Source of the DNA: Haliotis cracherodii
Taxonomy: Eukaryota
Assembly (NCBI RefSeq): GCF_022045235.1
Contig: NW_027266264.1
Location: forward strand, 64,108,001 to 64,172,000
Length of the DNA: 64,000 nt
Reading direction: 5' to 3'
Positions 11,001-26,000 of the stretch are shown piece by piece (positions within the stretch are counted from its first letter, which is position 1; every line of letters starts with the position of its first letter). A program made the position numbers and the translations under genes. Under the pieces are notes generated by a model. It worked only from the letters and a program-made list of their open reading frames with translations. It had not been told where the DNA came from and made no database searches.

Positions 11001-14000
11001 AAGCAATTGTTTAAACATACGCACAAACGTATCCAGGAATGCATGCACATGTAAATACCAAAATAACAGAATAACTGAAAATGAGAAAGAAAGCATTTCA
11101 CCTGATTTATTTCAATATATATATACATGTCATAGATGATGTATGCATAACATCAGAGGGGAGGGACTTCCATCGTCCCAAAATGACAGTGTTTCTAATA
11201 TCTCTATTTCTTCGACCTGACAAACGTGGATTGTACGCTTCATTTCAGATTTATATAATCTTAATCCTAGGGTACCAATACAACAGTGCAACAGTACTAA
11301 AACATGTTTTCCGTCAGCGGGTACGGTCAGCGGGTTTAGAACGACCGCTCCTTCTCTCTGATGTAATTTGCAACTCCCAGTAACAGGAAGCTGCTTAAGT
11401 GAAGCACACATTAGCTGAACATCTTATCCACTTGCAGTATTTTAATACACACTAAAAACCTCTATCACCATATTGATTTTATTCAATATTACTAGCTGTA
11501 CCATGACAAAATAAGCGTCACATGAGATTCTGGCTAAATTTGTCTTTCAAATTGTATCTTTAAATACGATCATTTAATTATAGACACAATACCGCCGCGC
11601 ATCTTGGTCTGTCTAAATACGGCAGCAACAGCATGTACGATTGAAAGGTACCCGTTGTCGCAGACTGTGTTTAAGGGTCATCTATATTTGACGGCATTCA
11701 GGCGTACATGGCGTCAGGTTGCTATTTGATTGCTTTGTACATGCGTCTTTTTCCTACGTAAGTCAGGCAAAAGGTTACTGCTCTGGCAGAGGACTTCGTG
11801 ACATTTACAGCTGAACAAATTCTATGGGCCTTCAATTTCGCACCAGCAGTTCATATTGACTTTCCTATCTCTGTGTTCACGATAAACTTGCATACCCGAA
11901 GCACGCTATGTAACATCCAGCCTTACTGACTTCACCATGTAGACTTGCATGTTAATCTTGGATCTAACATTAGTGTTGTTGTTTCGACCTTCGTTATCTC
12001 GAAGCATTTTGCATATCTCGAAAAAGGGCCACAAATCACATTTTGTATATTTATGGTATACCTGATTTGATATAAACTGCCGAGGAAAATAAAGTATATT
12101 GTGAAGTTGGCTCAAATGAAACAAACAAGAAATGGTTATTGGATGGCGATGTAATTGATATGTTGTCAACACTGAGTATTGTACCTGAAGCCTGGAACAT
12201 TTGTAAATATAGATAAATATTCTCTAAGACACGGTCTTGTTACATCCACCAACGTAGGGTCCTACCGGAAGTGTTCGAGATGGTCAATCGTTTCGCACAC
12301 ACAGAGGACATCATAGTTATTCGAATTTATGTCATCTTGGAGCTATTACATGCACATATCTACGTTGTAAGTTGTTACTCATGAACAGAATATTAAAAAA
12401 AATATCCTTGTTTAAAGATTCTGCACATGACAGGTAGATGTATGATGTAGTACTGTAAATATTCCCTATGATAAATGCAGGTCACAACAATTCTGAAAAA
12501 GTAATAAATAACGCCAACATCGTTTTACACCAAAATCTATATTGATCAGGGAAATGTATCCTTTGATTTTCTGCGAATCAGAGACCAGAAACAATTAACC
12601 TCGGGCTAGCTGTCTGTGCTCGATTAATTGGCCCTCTACTCCGCACCTAATTCAATCAGAGCTCATTTCAAGTGCCATAATTCAATTTACATCTCTGTCC
12701 TTATTTAACGACACCATACGACGTAAACTCGTTTTATCAACACCAGTTCAAGTATATAAAAATCGAAATATGTTTGCTGGTCACTTTTTGCAAGATAAGT
12801 GCACTTCTTGCACGTGCAGCATTCAAGTATCCCTCGAGAGATCCCATACGCAACTGACAGCCACAATTTGGTTAGCCGTTCTGCGGAGGATTGGAGGCTG
12901 GTGTTTGATTTAGTAGGCTGCCGAGTCCGTAACGGCTGAGTCTGGCTGAAGGGGTAAGACGGAATTACACAGGGGCAAGTGTTGTAATTAATTAGTTTTT
13001 GTGTACATGCCTCACGCCCGACACCAACGAACACTCTCTCTAATTTATGTTATTGGTTTAATACGGAGTTCCTTGTGAGAACATTGCATGTGCCAATAAC
13101 TTGTGGAATATTTCGCCCGTTAATTTCCCGTCCCTGTCAAGACGTTAGGAAGGAAATAGAAGCCGGTGCAACACTGGCACGGTGCTCGTTAGCCTCGTCA
13201 GCATTAAAGGCGGGACAAGAACCTCTGATTACAAGGTGGCCCTGTAAGCCAGACCTTTGGGCTCCCTGGCTGGACTCAGTGACCGTCGTATCGGCTTTCA
13301 TCGACCCACCTCGGACAGCGATGTACATGTTCTTATAAGGCTTAAGACTGTCTCTTGCATGAAAGTTTATGCCTCAACAGAATCCACCACATACAAATTT
13401 GGCACTTTATAGGCTTTGGGGGCGAGAAAGAGAAATGACGTGGTTTAGGTTTCTGCTGGCAACAGGAAGAGCTAGAGATATACATTACCACGCAGAGAAG
13501 ATTGAAATGGTTCAAAATAAAACAGTGAAGGGAACGGCAGCCAGCAGATAAGGATTCGGCTGTTCACAGCAACATTTCTACTGTCTCATCTTTCCCACAC
13601 TGCGGAAGGAAATATATCAGTTCTTAACGTGCTACTTCGAGGACAAACACAAAGTCTGTAGCATCATGGCTGTTGGGGGTCACTATATGTCCGCCGATAC
13701 TGCACATATTGATTCACATCGTTATATACTACTCAAAAGAAGTTAAGGATCACCTGATTCTTTCATATTACAGTAGTTAATCTACCATGCCATGACAGAT
13801 TAACATAATCAATATGAAAGGATAGGGTGATCCTTAACTTCTTTTGAGTAGTATATATTGCAACTTTAACTTAGATCTTTTAATGATTCAAGTAAGTACT
13901 CGTAACTGAGAATCCATTCCAGTTTGCGAATGGTGTAAGTATTTGCTATTGCAAGAAACCAGTGGTTGAGATCCATGAAGTTGTACGTTTTCTTATTTAC

Positions 14001-17000
14001 TTGAGAATAAACTTGTTTTGTGATCTGCCAACTATCTTTGTAAATTGTCCTGATGCCTTTCTGAGAAATAGAATTTCTCTAATTGTGTAGCGATAATTGT
14101 CTTCGAATCTCACAGTCAGTCCGAAGCCAAGTACTAAACTATCTATGTAATTGACGATATCAATTTATCCTTCTGGTGACGAGTCGTATCTGCGCTAAAC
14201 AATTAATCCTTCGATCTCATCAGTATGGGTGTGACAGTCAAGGTTTTCCCAAAACACAGCTACCAGCGTTATTTTCCTACTTCATATCCTGCTGGTAAGG
14301 TTGAAAGTAGAGGCTTGACTAAACACCTTATATTTTACTATGTTCAGAATCAATTTTACAGCTTAGATTTTCTTGTTTTATGTATGTACGTCCTGGTATC
14401 TGTTTCGTGTCGATGTGTCTTTTAAGCATATTTGCTTTCACTGGGTGACCATGATACCACATTTAACCAAACTGCATACACCAAGGTTTGCCACCACTTG
14501 CCACACCTGCTTTTGTTTGGTTACTGTTTGTCCTTCTACAAAACCCTTTGCATAATCTTAAGAAATATCTGAATCTTTGTGCACAGACCTAAATATGAAA
14601 CAGATAAGCAGCTCAGGTGGAGAATTCAGTGTAGGGGATATGGCTATTTCACCGTTAGTGAACGATATCAGCGATATATCTGAAGCTTATTGCCATATTC
14701 TCTTGTTTNNNNNNNNNNNNNNNNNNNNNNNNNNNNNNNNNNNNNNNNNNNNNNNNNNNNNNNNNNNNNNNNNNNNNNNNNNNNNNNNNNNNNNNNNNNN
14801 NNNNNNNNNNNNNNNNNNNNNNNNNNNNNNNNNNNNNNNNNNNNNNNNNNNNNNNNNNNNNNGGGAAGCACAATTGGTTCCTATGGTGATGTCAACTTCT
14901 TGCCTAAATGACCAATCTTCAATTTTCCACAGTTCCATTAGTCTGACGACGACCGTTTGGCCCCCTTTAACCGTAGATGATGTTGTTTCATGACCGTGTG
15001 GCTTGATCCACAGCTGCGACAACTTGCTGACCATCTGGAACCTCCTAAACCACTGATGCCAAACCCTGTCCAGTAGTTTTGCAACATCTAAATTTCTCAT
15101 GAACTTCCTTTCCAAGCACCACGTCTTGTATGATCGGCAAAAGCAACCGTTGCCTAGTATGCTAATATGTTTTGTTATCAGCATTGTCATCTTGGCCATC
15201 ATCCGTTCACCCCAACCTACAAACATTCATAAACAAATAAGGCCCTCGTCTGATAACGACTGTGTAGAAGGTAGTGCCAAACTTATGGTTAAAGTTCTAA
15301 ACGTGTCCGAGTTGGTGATGTACATAGTGGTCGTAATAGACTGGAAACTGGAAACGTCGAGATTTCATGGATGACTCTTTACATTCAATATGTATGCATC
15401 ATGATAAAAAAATGTAATGTACAGTGTGATCGCAGAAATGAACATGCAGTGGTTCCTACTTGATTATCTTAAATGTGTACTAAATAAATACTATTGTAAC
15501 AAAATGTTGCAGCTTGATTTTGACGTTGTTAAAACATATCTAATAGCGGTCGCCATGTCGAATACATTTAAAACATACCTTATACTGTCTAAAAACATTG
15601 GAGGTAGACGACTGTGTGAGGTTGGAAGTCTGATATTTGGCACGTATATGTATAGTGCTCTTTTTTTATTAATATATCCATGGGCAGCGATGCGTTTGAG
15701 TTATGGTAACGCGGATTAGATTCCACTTATTGACCAAGCACGGTCGATATATTTAGTCATGTAGAATGTAGAATATCCATGTTCAGATATGCATCAGCTA
15801 TCAAAAGTTTGAAATAATTATCAATAATATTCATGACATGCAAATGACCTTATTACAGGGTTGAAATATCTATCAGGCTAATGTTACAGCTAATTGTTAT
15901 GGAGTGTAATAGTAATCCCATTTGGACATGTGTACACCTTCAAGCTCCATCATCATGTCAAGATGAATATTTAAAATCAGATTTAACACTGGAAAAATAT
16001 TTTTACAGCATCTCTGGAAAACACGCCCACGTTACAGTTGCTGTTCATTATTTTTTGTTTTCGTCAAAACAATATCACGTATATCTAAATACAGACTTGA
16101 TTAAAACACGTACAATGTGTAGATGGGTGAAAGCATGACAAGAGGTAAACAAATCTCATTTACATGTCCAAATTAGGTTTGGCTGTGGTGTGTAAAATCA
16201 CTACAAGAAGGAAGATATACATATATAGCATTTACCCGTGTACAATGTATGACAATGTGTCTCTGGTGTGTGAAATCAGTGCAAGAAACAAAACAAGCCT
16301 CATTTAATGTGTGCAATGTGTGACTGGTGTGTGAAATCACTACAAAAAGTAAAACCATCCTCATTTAATGTGTGCAATGTGTGACTGGTGTCTGAAAAAA
16401 CTCCAAAAAGTAAAACCATCCTCATTTAATGTGTGCAGTGTGTGACTATTGTGTGAGGTGAGAACACTACAAAAAGTAAACCATCCTCATTTAATGTGTG
16501 CAATGTGTGACTGGTGTCTGAAAAAACTCCAAAAAGTAAAACCATCCTCATTTAATGTGTGAAATGTGTGACTGGTGTCTGAAATCACTACAAAATGTAG
16601 ATCAATCCTCATTTTATGTGTGCAATGTGTGACTAGTGTGTGAAAAACTCCAAAAAGTAAAACCATCCTCATTTTATGTGTGCTGTGTGTGACTGGTGTG
16701 TGAAATCATTACAAAAAGTAAAACCATCCTCATTTAATGCGTGCAATGTGTGACTGGTGTGTGAAATCACTACAAAAAGTAAAACCATCCTCATTTAATG
16801 TGTGAAATGTGTGACTGGTGTCTAAAATCACTACAAAATGTAGATCAATCCTCATTTAATGTGTAAAAAGTGTGACTGGTGTGTGAAATCACTACAAAAA
16901 GTAAAACAATCCTAATTAAATGTGTGACTGGTGTCTGAAATCATTACAAAAAGTAAAACAATCCTCATTTAATGTGTGCCTGGTGTCTGGAATCACTACG

Positions 17001-20000
17001 AAAAGTAAAACCATCCTCATTTTATGTGTGCACTGTGTGACTGGTGTGTGAAAAAACTACAAAAAGTAAAACAATCCTCATTTAATGTGTGCCTGGTGTT
17101 TGGAATCACAACAAAAAATTAAACAATCCTCATCTTATGTGCGTTATGTGTGATTGGCGTCTGGAATCACTACGAAAAGTAAAACAATCCTCATTTTATG
17201 TGCGTTATGTGTGATTGGCGTCTGGAATCACTACAAAAAGTAAAACAATCCTCATTTAATGTGTGCAATATATGACTGGTGTGTCAAATCCTTACAAGAA
17301 GTAAACCAGACCTTATAGCATAGCATAGGATGTGTGAAATCATAACAAGAAGGCAAATGTTTGAACGCATGAATGATTGGTGCACACAAATCTCTTTTCC
17401 GCGATTATTTGTCAAACACAAACGAGAGTGCTCATATAAAAACCATCATATCAAATTGATATCATTTATTCAACGTTTCAATTACCCTGACAATGCAAAT
17501 CAATCACTAAGTAAACATTTCTACAACATTTAACTCTCGCTGATGAAACTAATACATTTCCGGAAACCAAATATTGGCGATTTACAAATAAACCGTAATC
17601 TACGGCATTGCAGCCCCATACAGCGAAGGTTCAGGAGGCCGTGTTCGGAGCTCTATCTCTTGGTACCCGTTATGAGCAGAGCCAAAGTTATGAGCCATTT
17701 GTCACAGGGATATTCGCTTAGCTGGTTATTACTTGGCACTTAGATCAACGGCCTTTATGGTCGTATTTGTTTAGTCAATTATATCCCTGGAAAATGAGTC
17801 TGTTCCTCTGATTAATGCTCATGGCTATGTCTATGGCTGGGCAAGGCGCTATGAAGAGATCTGGTTGTCCATGGTTCGTCTGATCAGCCGTGACGGTCTC
17901 CCCTTTAACACGGTTGTATGCCCAAACCGATTGACGTCATGATTACCGTATTCGACGTAATAACCGCCCCGCTCTAATAAGCGTCCATGGCGATATTTGC
18001 TAATATATTTGCTAGTGAACAATCCCAATTAGCACCCCTTCCGATTGATCAATGTACACAAGACTTATATATTCGTGTATAATACTCACTCGTGTGTTAT
18101 ATGCACTCTTAATTGTGGGCAATTAAATTCTAGAAAATATATCTCTCGTGTATGATACGTACATACTTTTCTTTTGAATCATTTCAGGCTGTCAGCATAA
18201 ACCACTGTACAAAATTTACAATTTTTCAACTCTGTTTTTGTTCTCACCAAAATTATATTCTAATAAGAGCCCACTATTTTCAATTTTGAGAGCGCCCCGG
18301 GCGCTTAATACGTCGGATACGGTATGAACGTATTAAGAAGCGTGGTGATCTATTTATACCAAAATGTAAAAGCTACATTTTTATGTTCGAATTGCAATCA
18401 TGATGTCCACTGTAAGAGCTCGAATGACAATTGTGAGTGAGTGAGTTGGGTTCATAGACGCTTTGAACAGTATGCCAGTTATATCACGGCGTGACAGCTT
18501 AATGTGGGAGGAAAGCCCGAAGTGATGCAGATCTCAGATGTTTACAACTTTGGTGAAAAGCACGAGCACTGATATGGTGCTGACAAACCTAGAAACATAA
18601 TCGGGACTAACAGGGATTCGAATGACGGGTTTATACTAAACAGAGGAAATTAATATTCCATATTTTACACGAGTACTGTGTTTCATTATGTTTAAAAATA
18701 CTTCTATAAGAGGGGGGAGCCGGTTTCCTCTGGATTACGATTCAGAATATGACGCCAGGTGCGAGAATGTGCCAACAGCTGTCTCCGTTAAGCGCGATAA
18801 TCAAACGCCCCAAATGAAAAATAGATCTGCCATATCGCAAAAAGAATTTGTTTCAAACGGTAACTAATCTCTGCCAGACTGATGCTTTCGTTTGAAAGTC
18901 GCCACTACCAGATCCGAACAAAGTTTCAGACAAGTAGGGAGTTTGCACAGGAGGGTCTCCTCCTTCAGGCACTTGTCAGATTGGATCAACAGAGAACTGG
19001 TCTTCGTGATGCGATGTGGTCTGAAGTTCAACTCCAAAGTATTATGTGTGGAAGGATGAACATGAGCATAAACGAAGCGAGGACTATTTTTGTACAACTT
19101 GTGTCTGGTTGTGTGGAAGATTTTACTCAACAGTTCCATCACATAGAACCACATGTAGTGTATCAGAACAGCTACTTATATTTTGATAATGTGTTATTTA
19201 ATACTGTAAAGTGCTTATTTTAAGTAAAAGTAATGCTGTTTTCTTCATTCTGACATCTCCTCCATCTGAAGTGGATGATGTGCCTTCATTGATGAAGAGG
19301 CACTGGGGAAGGCCCAAGTAAACATGGCTGCCGATCGCTCAGGGCTCAAAATTGGAACTCTTTTGTGCGTTGAGGTTCGATTCAGCCTCGGCAACATACG
19401 CCTAGTAATCAACATCATTTATCTGCTCAAATAAACCATCCCGGAGATTTCAATGGGTGCGAGTCTAATAATCTAACGCATCACATAGCGGTGTTCTCAG
19501 GTCACACTACTAATTTCCCGTCGGGAAAACCTCTTTTATATGAAAACTCATCAAGAAATAACAGTTTAATCTCAAAGAACTTGACTTTTCGGCGAAGTCA
19601 TGGTGGTCAATACCGCCAAACGCCATGTTATTTTCTTGTGAGGAACAATTAAACGTCCAGAGCTAGTTCAAAAGAGTCGGTCTATTTATCCCATGACTGC
19701 CAAACCATCGTCACTGTTGTGGCAGGCTGTCCAATTCAAACTCTATTTTGATTTCATCTGGTAAAATATCATATGAAAATCTTTCAGTCGGCAGAGAAAT
19801 ATATTTAGGCAGTGACGAATCATTTTAGTGGTGCGAAGCTGCGATTACATTTTCCACACGACTGGTATTAACGTGCCGATAAAATCAAACACTACCCCAG
19901 AGTATCGGTAGACAGTTAGCGGCCATCGATTTATGTAACGATAGAATGTAGTTAGGATGATAGTATCTGTGGAGAGGGCTCGGAGGTGTCTAAGAACTCT

Positions 20001-23000
20001 TTTGAGAGAAGATAAATAAAGCTGGGTTACTTGGGAAACAATTTTTTGGGGTGAGGTAAATAAGGTTATGCCTAACCTCATGTGACAATTCTGAAACAGA
20101 ACGCGATGTATGGATCCCTAGATCTTTTCATCTGGAAACCTCCAAACTACATCATGTTAATTCGCCTATAGAGCTGACACAGTAAAATCCATTTCACATA
20201 GGATGAAAACGTACTTTCGCGCGAGATGAAACAATGAGATGTTATTTTCAAACTTTTTTTGTTACAAGTAAGAACTGTCACATAAATGAGGTAACATCTT
20301 TCCTGCCCTAACCTGTTGAATCATAATTCCAGAATTGATATATTATTCAGTTTAATGAATGTATTAAAATTAACACCATTAATGCAGATATCAAGTGTTT
20401 CTCTAATCAACAATGACATCTGTCACTGAATAGAGGTAAAAACTCGAAAGGTGAATAAGACCACTGATTACAGATAAGCAAATATAAATGACAGTATACA
20501 CACATGCACGTTTAAAGAAAACCCATGCAGAAGGTACGCATGTACACACAATCATCTAAACTACCCCCAAGATAGGTCCAAACGATCGATTAATGTTCAG
20601 GTCAAGGCATCTCCTCTCACAGCAAGAATTGCGAATCAAATGAGGAAATGTGTAGAGGAATTATTTACGGAACATTAGAGGGCCCTAAGGGCAGAACTTT
20701 GAGATTTCATCGAACCAGTTGCAAGGGCAACAGTCTTCCTTGCCACCAAGGCCAAATCTGGTCGTTTTCGTCTGCGTCATGGCAGAATATTCGTTACGGA
20801 AGCAAGAAAATTGTTATGTTATTAAGAACGTAGGCAAACAGAAACTTGGTTATGTAAGTATACCCCTGGCGTAAATACAGTCTGGCTAGGTTTAAGTGTG
20901 ATGCATAAGCTGCGGTAGATACACAGTTGCCTTAAATGTCAGGAGATTTTTAGTGAAGTCAGATGTCCTCCAAGTCTTTTAATATATCTTTAAGTTCATC
21001 ACCTATCTATGATTAAGACCAGTCGTCGAGATGCAGTTTTTATGACGCGTTTGTATATGATATATTTTCGTTGACTCTCAAAATGGCATTTAGCATTTGT
21101 GTGATGATTTTTCAAGTTAACAGTTGAATTGCCTTTGCATGTGTTAGTGATGGGTGCCACAGGTGGGATATGCATACCTTTTCGCGAACACCTGGTGTCA
21201 TCACCTTTTGATAGTTATTTATGTTACCCATGCTCATGAACAATGATTATGGAAATGTTTTTTGTCGCTTTTATTAATGATTGCAAGCTTTTATAATACT
21301 TAACTCGTCCTTCCGTTTTGATTCAAATAGAGTTTTAAACCGCAAATATTTGTCAAAAACGTTGCCAAAAAGATAGTTAAATATATTTTTTGTTAGATGT
21401 TCCTAACAGAATTTGCTGGTGAAAATATTCAGGCTAAAACGTTCTTCAAGTGAAACAATAATATGCCATCAACTTTTAATTGTCGTGGATGTAGCTTCCT
21501 TGCTATGATTATAGCTACAAACGTACAGCATTGCATTATAATATAACTTTCAAGAAAACATGGACCACGGACGTATATACAAAGGATAGGAAGCCTGCAG
21601 CGATAGCCTTTGGCGATGTGCGCCGCGCAATCGGGCCAAGCCAATCGACAACACATGTGAAAGACCCCCTGCCGTGAGGCGAGAGTGGTCGAACGTTGGT
21701 CATCTGGCGCTTGCACAACGCCTAGTTTATCTATATACGTCTTTGCATGGACCAATTTAATGAATAAATCTACAGACGATTTTAACGCTAGTTTAGATCC
21801 AACAGTATATCCAGGACCGGATATTTGGAATTCCTTTTTGATATGTTAGTTTGTTTTGAGTATCAGTATTTGAGTATCGGTAATAAATGATACTTTGAAC
21901 GAGTTATGTGTGCAATTAAACCTAAACGATTACCCAGCTAACACCAAAGTGCCAATGAAGCACTACATACATATCTTACTGACTCAAGTCGACCCCAAGA
22001 TGCAAAACAAGTGTGAATCCGATACAAATTCTCTGTATCTTAAAACCACAAGAATGACTATGGAGTCTAGCTCCGTCCATTACCGATGGAAGTGTCAACT
22101 TCATCCTTGCAATCAAGCTCAATTTCTTCCCAATAATTACCTGTTCCTGAGAGGTACGGAGACAGGCGCTAGTCAGATGGGACAGGCTGTGTCTGAAGTA
22201 GGTCTTAATGACGACGTAGGGGACACTGAAGGAGTTTATGCTAACGTAACATCGCGGTTATTCCAGGGAGGTCTGGCGGTGTCAATTGGCGTATATTATG
22301 TGTACTTTGATGTACATGGCACAGGCCGCTGTGGGAGTGTCCGCTGTAGCTCTGTGTTGAAGGAAGTCTGTAAAACGGACTGCACTAATATGAAGCAATG
22401 AAACAGTAATGGCTCCAAATATGCTGTAAAACAGTCAATTTATTTTCTTGCTTGTGTAGAAGATGGTAATAATGGCTTTGAATTACGAAATAAGGATTGA
22501 AATTGCTGTCAATTACGCGGTGCATGTGAGCATATGATATCTTAATGATAGTTGATACGTCTCGAGGATCTTCGTTTTCATACGTAATGGAGCAGCATCT
22601 TCTGTAGAGGACACGTAACTCTCTCATCATGTCTTGCTAACTGACCACGGTCCCGTTATACTGAGCCATGTCAGCCCTACCACTATCCCAAGTGTGAGTA
22701 AAAGTAGAGGAGTTAAGAGGTCGTTGATGATTTCGTGGAGCAGGGCAGAACGTACCCAATAGTCCAGTGTGCATTTCGTTCAGCCGTAAAAAAGTGTTAT
22801 GTCTTTTGTACAGTGGCTTCCCGTTTACCCTGTAGAATGTGGGTGAGACTACAGCTATTGATGTGAGGAATATGGTAAAGCTACACCCCCGGGGTCCATT
22901 TGCACACAGCGATCAAAGCACTGCGACTATCGAAACACCCATATTCTAACAGAGACCATCAATAGCAGTGGCGCTGTGACCATTCTGGGCTAGTTAGTCC

Positions 23001-26000
23001 TGTAAGTTATTCTTTGATATCGTTATCCTCTGCAATCAAGTGATATGATAATTACTGGCCACTCAGCTAGCGCAAGACTGTACACTTCCACGGTCATCTG
23101 ATCAATGTCCATTCCAAACGCTTTCCCAGTCCCTATGAAGCATTCACACCACAATGAGTGGTGTTCCTTAGCTATACCAAACTACCCTTGTTCCTGGTTC
23201 TAATCCCAGGTTCCAAGACCATGGTCCTTGTTGTTTTTAGCATAAAGTGTTAAACGTCTTCTGACTGTGTGGTCATAAAAGCAAGGTAATAATGTCATTG
23301 ACCTTTGTTGAGCTAATGTTCAGTCGACGGCGACCCTGTCTGAAGACATTAACAACAATGAGCCAACATACTTTATGTGTCTATTGTGTGCCATAGTACA
23401 TAACGTTTGTGTCCCGTATTTCAGTCATTCACCTTTAAAGAATTAAAAGCTCTACTACATTCAGATTTTCAACCATAAAATAAAACTTAGGTATCTTCAA
23501 CTGATAGATGACTGATCTTCGTATATGTATGCTATGACCTTTTGCTACAGTTAAGCTAATGCTGAGTTTTTTAAAAAAAATGCTAATTAACTAACAGTAT
23601 CAGCAGAGCACTTTTGATAGAGTCCAGAGTGATCCAATAATGAGGTTCTCATTATTAAAGCAATACTGCATGTTTCAGTCATTCCGCGTCGTAAGACATA
23701 CACACATGGAGTGAGTTTGGTTTAACGTCGCCTTGCGTAGAATTTCAGTCATATCACGTCGTGTCAGCTTGATGTGGGAGGAAAGTCAAAAGTAATGCAT
23801 GTCTTAGACTTTCGACGCATCAGACTGGGCCACCCGATGAGTGTGTGCCTGCGGTTGTGAAGCGCAGTTCATAATTTCTGAACGAAACGCCGTGACATCA
23901 GAAGCTCAACTGTGTCAACATGGTGTCCTGGAGGCAACGATGACATACTGTTACGTCATTACCTTTGTTACGTCATAACACGTGTCAACAATGATGCATG
24001 ATGCCTATTTTACGTTAACAATGATATCGGCCTTACATTAACAATATCATAACACATCATAACACATTTGTGGGAGTTTCGAGCGGATGTTGTCCGTCCT
24101 CATTCTGAACAACTAATGATAAGTGTACATCCGTGTATCCAACCAAGATTGGATTGAATACACGCCTACATTGCCTAAACAGTTTTGAACCATCCCCAAA
24201 CATGATTAATGCTGGAATTCTAATATTCTTATAACTTTGTTACATTCTTCAACTAAAAATAGCTATTTGAAAGTATGTTATTATGAAATAAGTGTTGATC
24301 CTTGTAAATGCGTCGTGATACCAGCACCGCTTAAAAGACTATTATCAGAACATAGGTGTCCTTGAGATCAGGGTTTTACTTCAAAATGCCCAAAAAATAG
24401 ACGTTCAATCATTGGTATAACCCCATTCGTTTTTTTATAATTTGTGCGTCATACACGTTGATTTATAATATCATTGCTCAGCGTTTGTGCTTTCACATTT
24501 CTGAAGAGAGTCCTCGAAAATACAACATTTAATTACCTAATGGGATAACAGGGGCTTTTGAATAGAAGATGGAGCACATGTGAAGATTGTACATAATGAC
24601 GGCTTTTAGTGGTGCTATCTTAGATAAATGGCTGTTGCGAGCGTTGACTTTCCTCAGATAATCTGAGAATCTTGAAATCTTTTGTTCTCTAACGACATGA
24701 ATCCGCTGTCAAATATTACATTAGGCGAAGATGAAAAGTGGCCCATGTCACTCCGAACGTGAATGACATACACAAAATTTAGGCCATGTAGAACTGTTGT
24801 AACACGAACAGATGCAGCTTTTCAATGAACTAGATACCGATTCGTATATCAAGTCTTTGAAAGGCACTTAGAAGTGATACACATTAGGAAGAGAATATAT
24901 GGATATCAATTTCCTCAGTGTTTCTCATTATAAAGAAGTTGACATCCATAAATTCTCTTCCTTGCGTCGTATATTGTTTCAAAGCTATACTTCATTTCAT
25001 TGATATTACATTTTCATCATAGGGGATTGAAATAGATTCATGAATATTAAGAAATAGACACATTCTCGGTGGTAAATGTAGCGTTTCTGGTGATAGATTT
25101 GGGAGAGGCTCTGGCGTACATTATAATATGAATTTAATAAATCGTAATTTCGATATGAAACTCTCTATGAAAGTTATCGTTTCTGAACCATCCATAGGTC
25201 TCCTACTGAACGTGACAAGCTCCGCGTGGGCCAATGGCAGAATACCTATAGAAGCAAGTTCATTTTCCTTCTGAAGGCCAATTACACTCAACTCAGAATA
25301 TAATATGAAACATGTAATTTTCATTTGAGAAGAACGCCTGTAATCCGGCTATTCATTCGGCTAAATAGATGAAATTTTGTTCAAAGATAAATGTGGAAAA
25401 AGATGCATCTGCTGCTACAATGATGAGAATGAGGTCCAAGATTGAGAAAGGTTCAGAATACGTCGAAGTCAAGATGACAGTAATCTTCCTATCGAAGTAT
25501 GCATTATTTTGGCCATTACGAAAATTGGTTACATGGATTAGCAATATGACATTTAAACACATTTTCTAACACTCAAACGCACATGTGTTGTGATTACATG
25601 TAATAGAAAAAATATATTAGTTCCAAAGTAATAGAAAGAAAATCATCTGTTGACTGAAGTGACTCATTCTTTGAGTGAACTTCAATCACATTGCAAAGTT
25701 ATGAATATCAGTATTTACTGCGACATGGAATTTTGAGTTTTCAAATTCAAATGATAGGCAAATATTGGAAGGATCATAATTAAGTTATATAGGACCTTCA
25801 TGTTTTGTATCAGCTCTATGTTAATCCGGATCTGAACAGGTCCCCAGCAAATAGTCAAAATAGCCGGATCGGGTGGTGAGAGTATGTGACGTTCTGATTC
25901 TCATTGTATACCGATTTGAGGAACGTTGCTCTTGCTTTCGGATTATTCAATAGCTTTCGAGAAATGTTTAAATGTTACTGACTGCAGGTTAAAACGACAC

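Noticed and set aside
21895-22401. 168-aa plus-strand ORF as a nested gene
   Set aside because: Non-ATG start, no recognisable domain or exon structure; overlaps a possible decayed LINE on the opposite strand.
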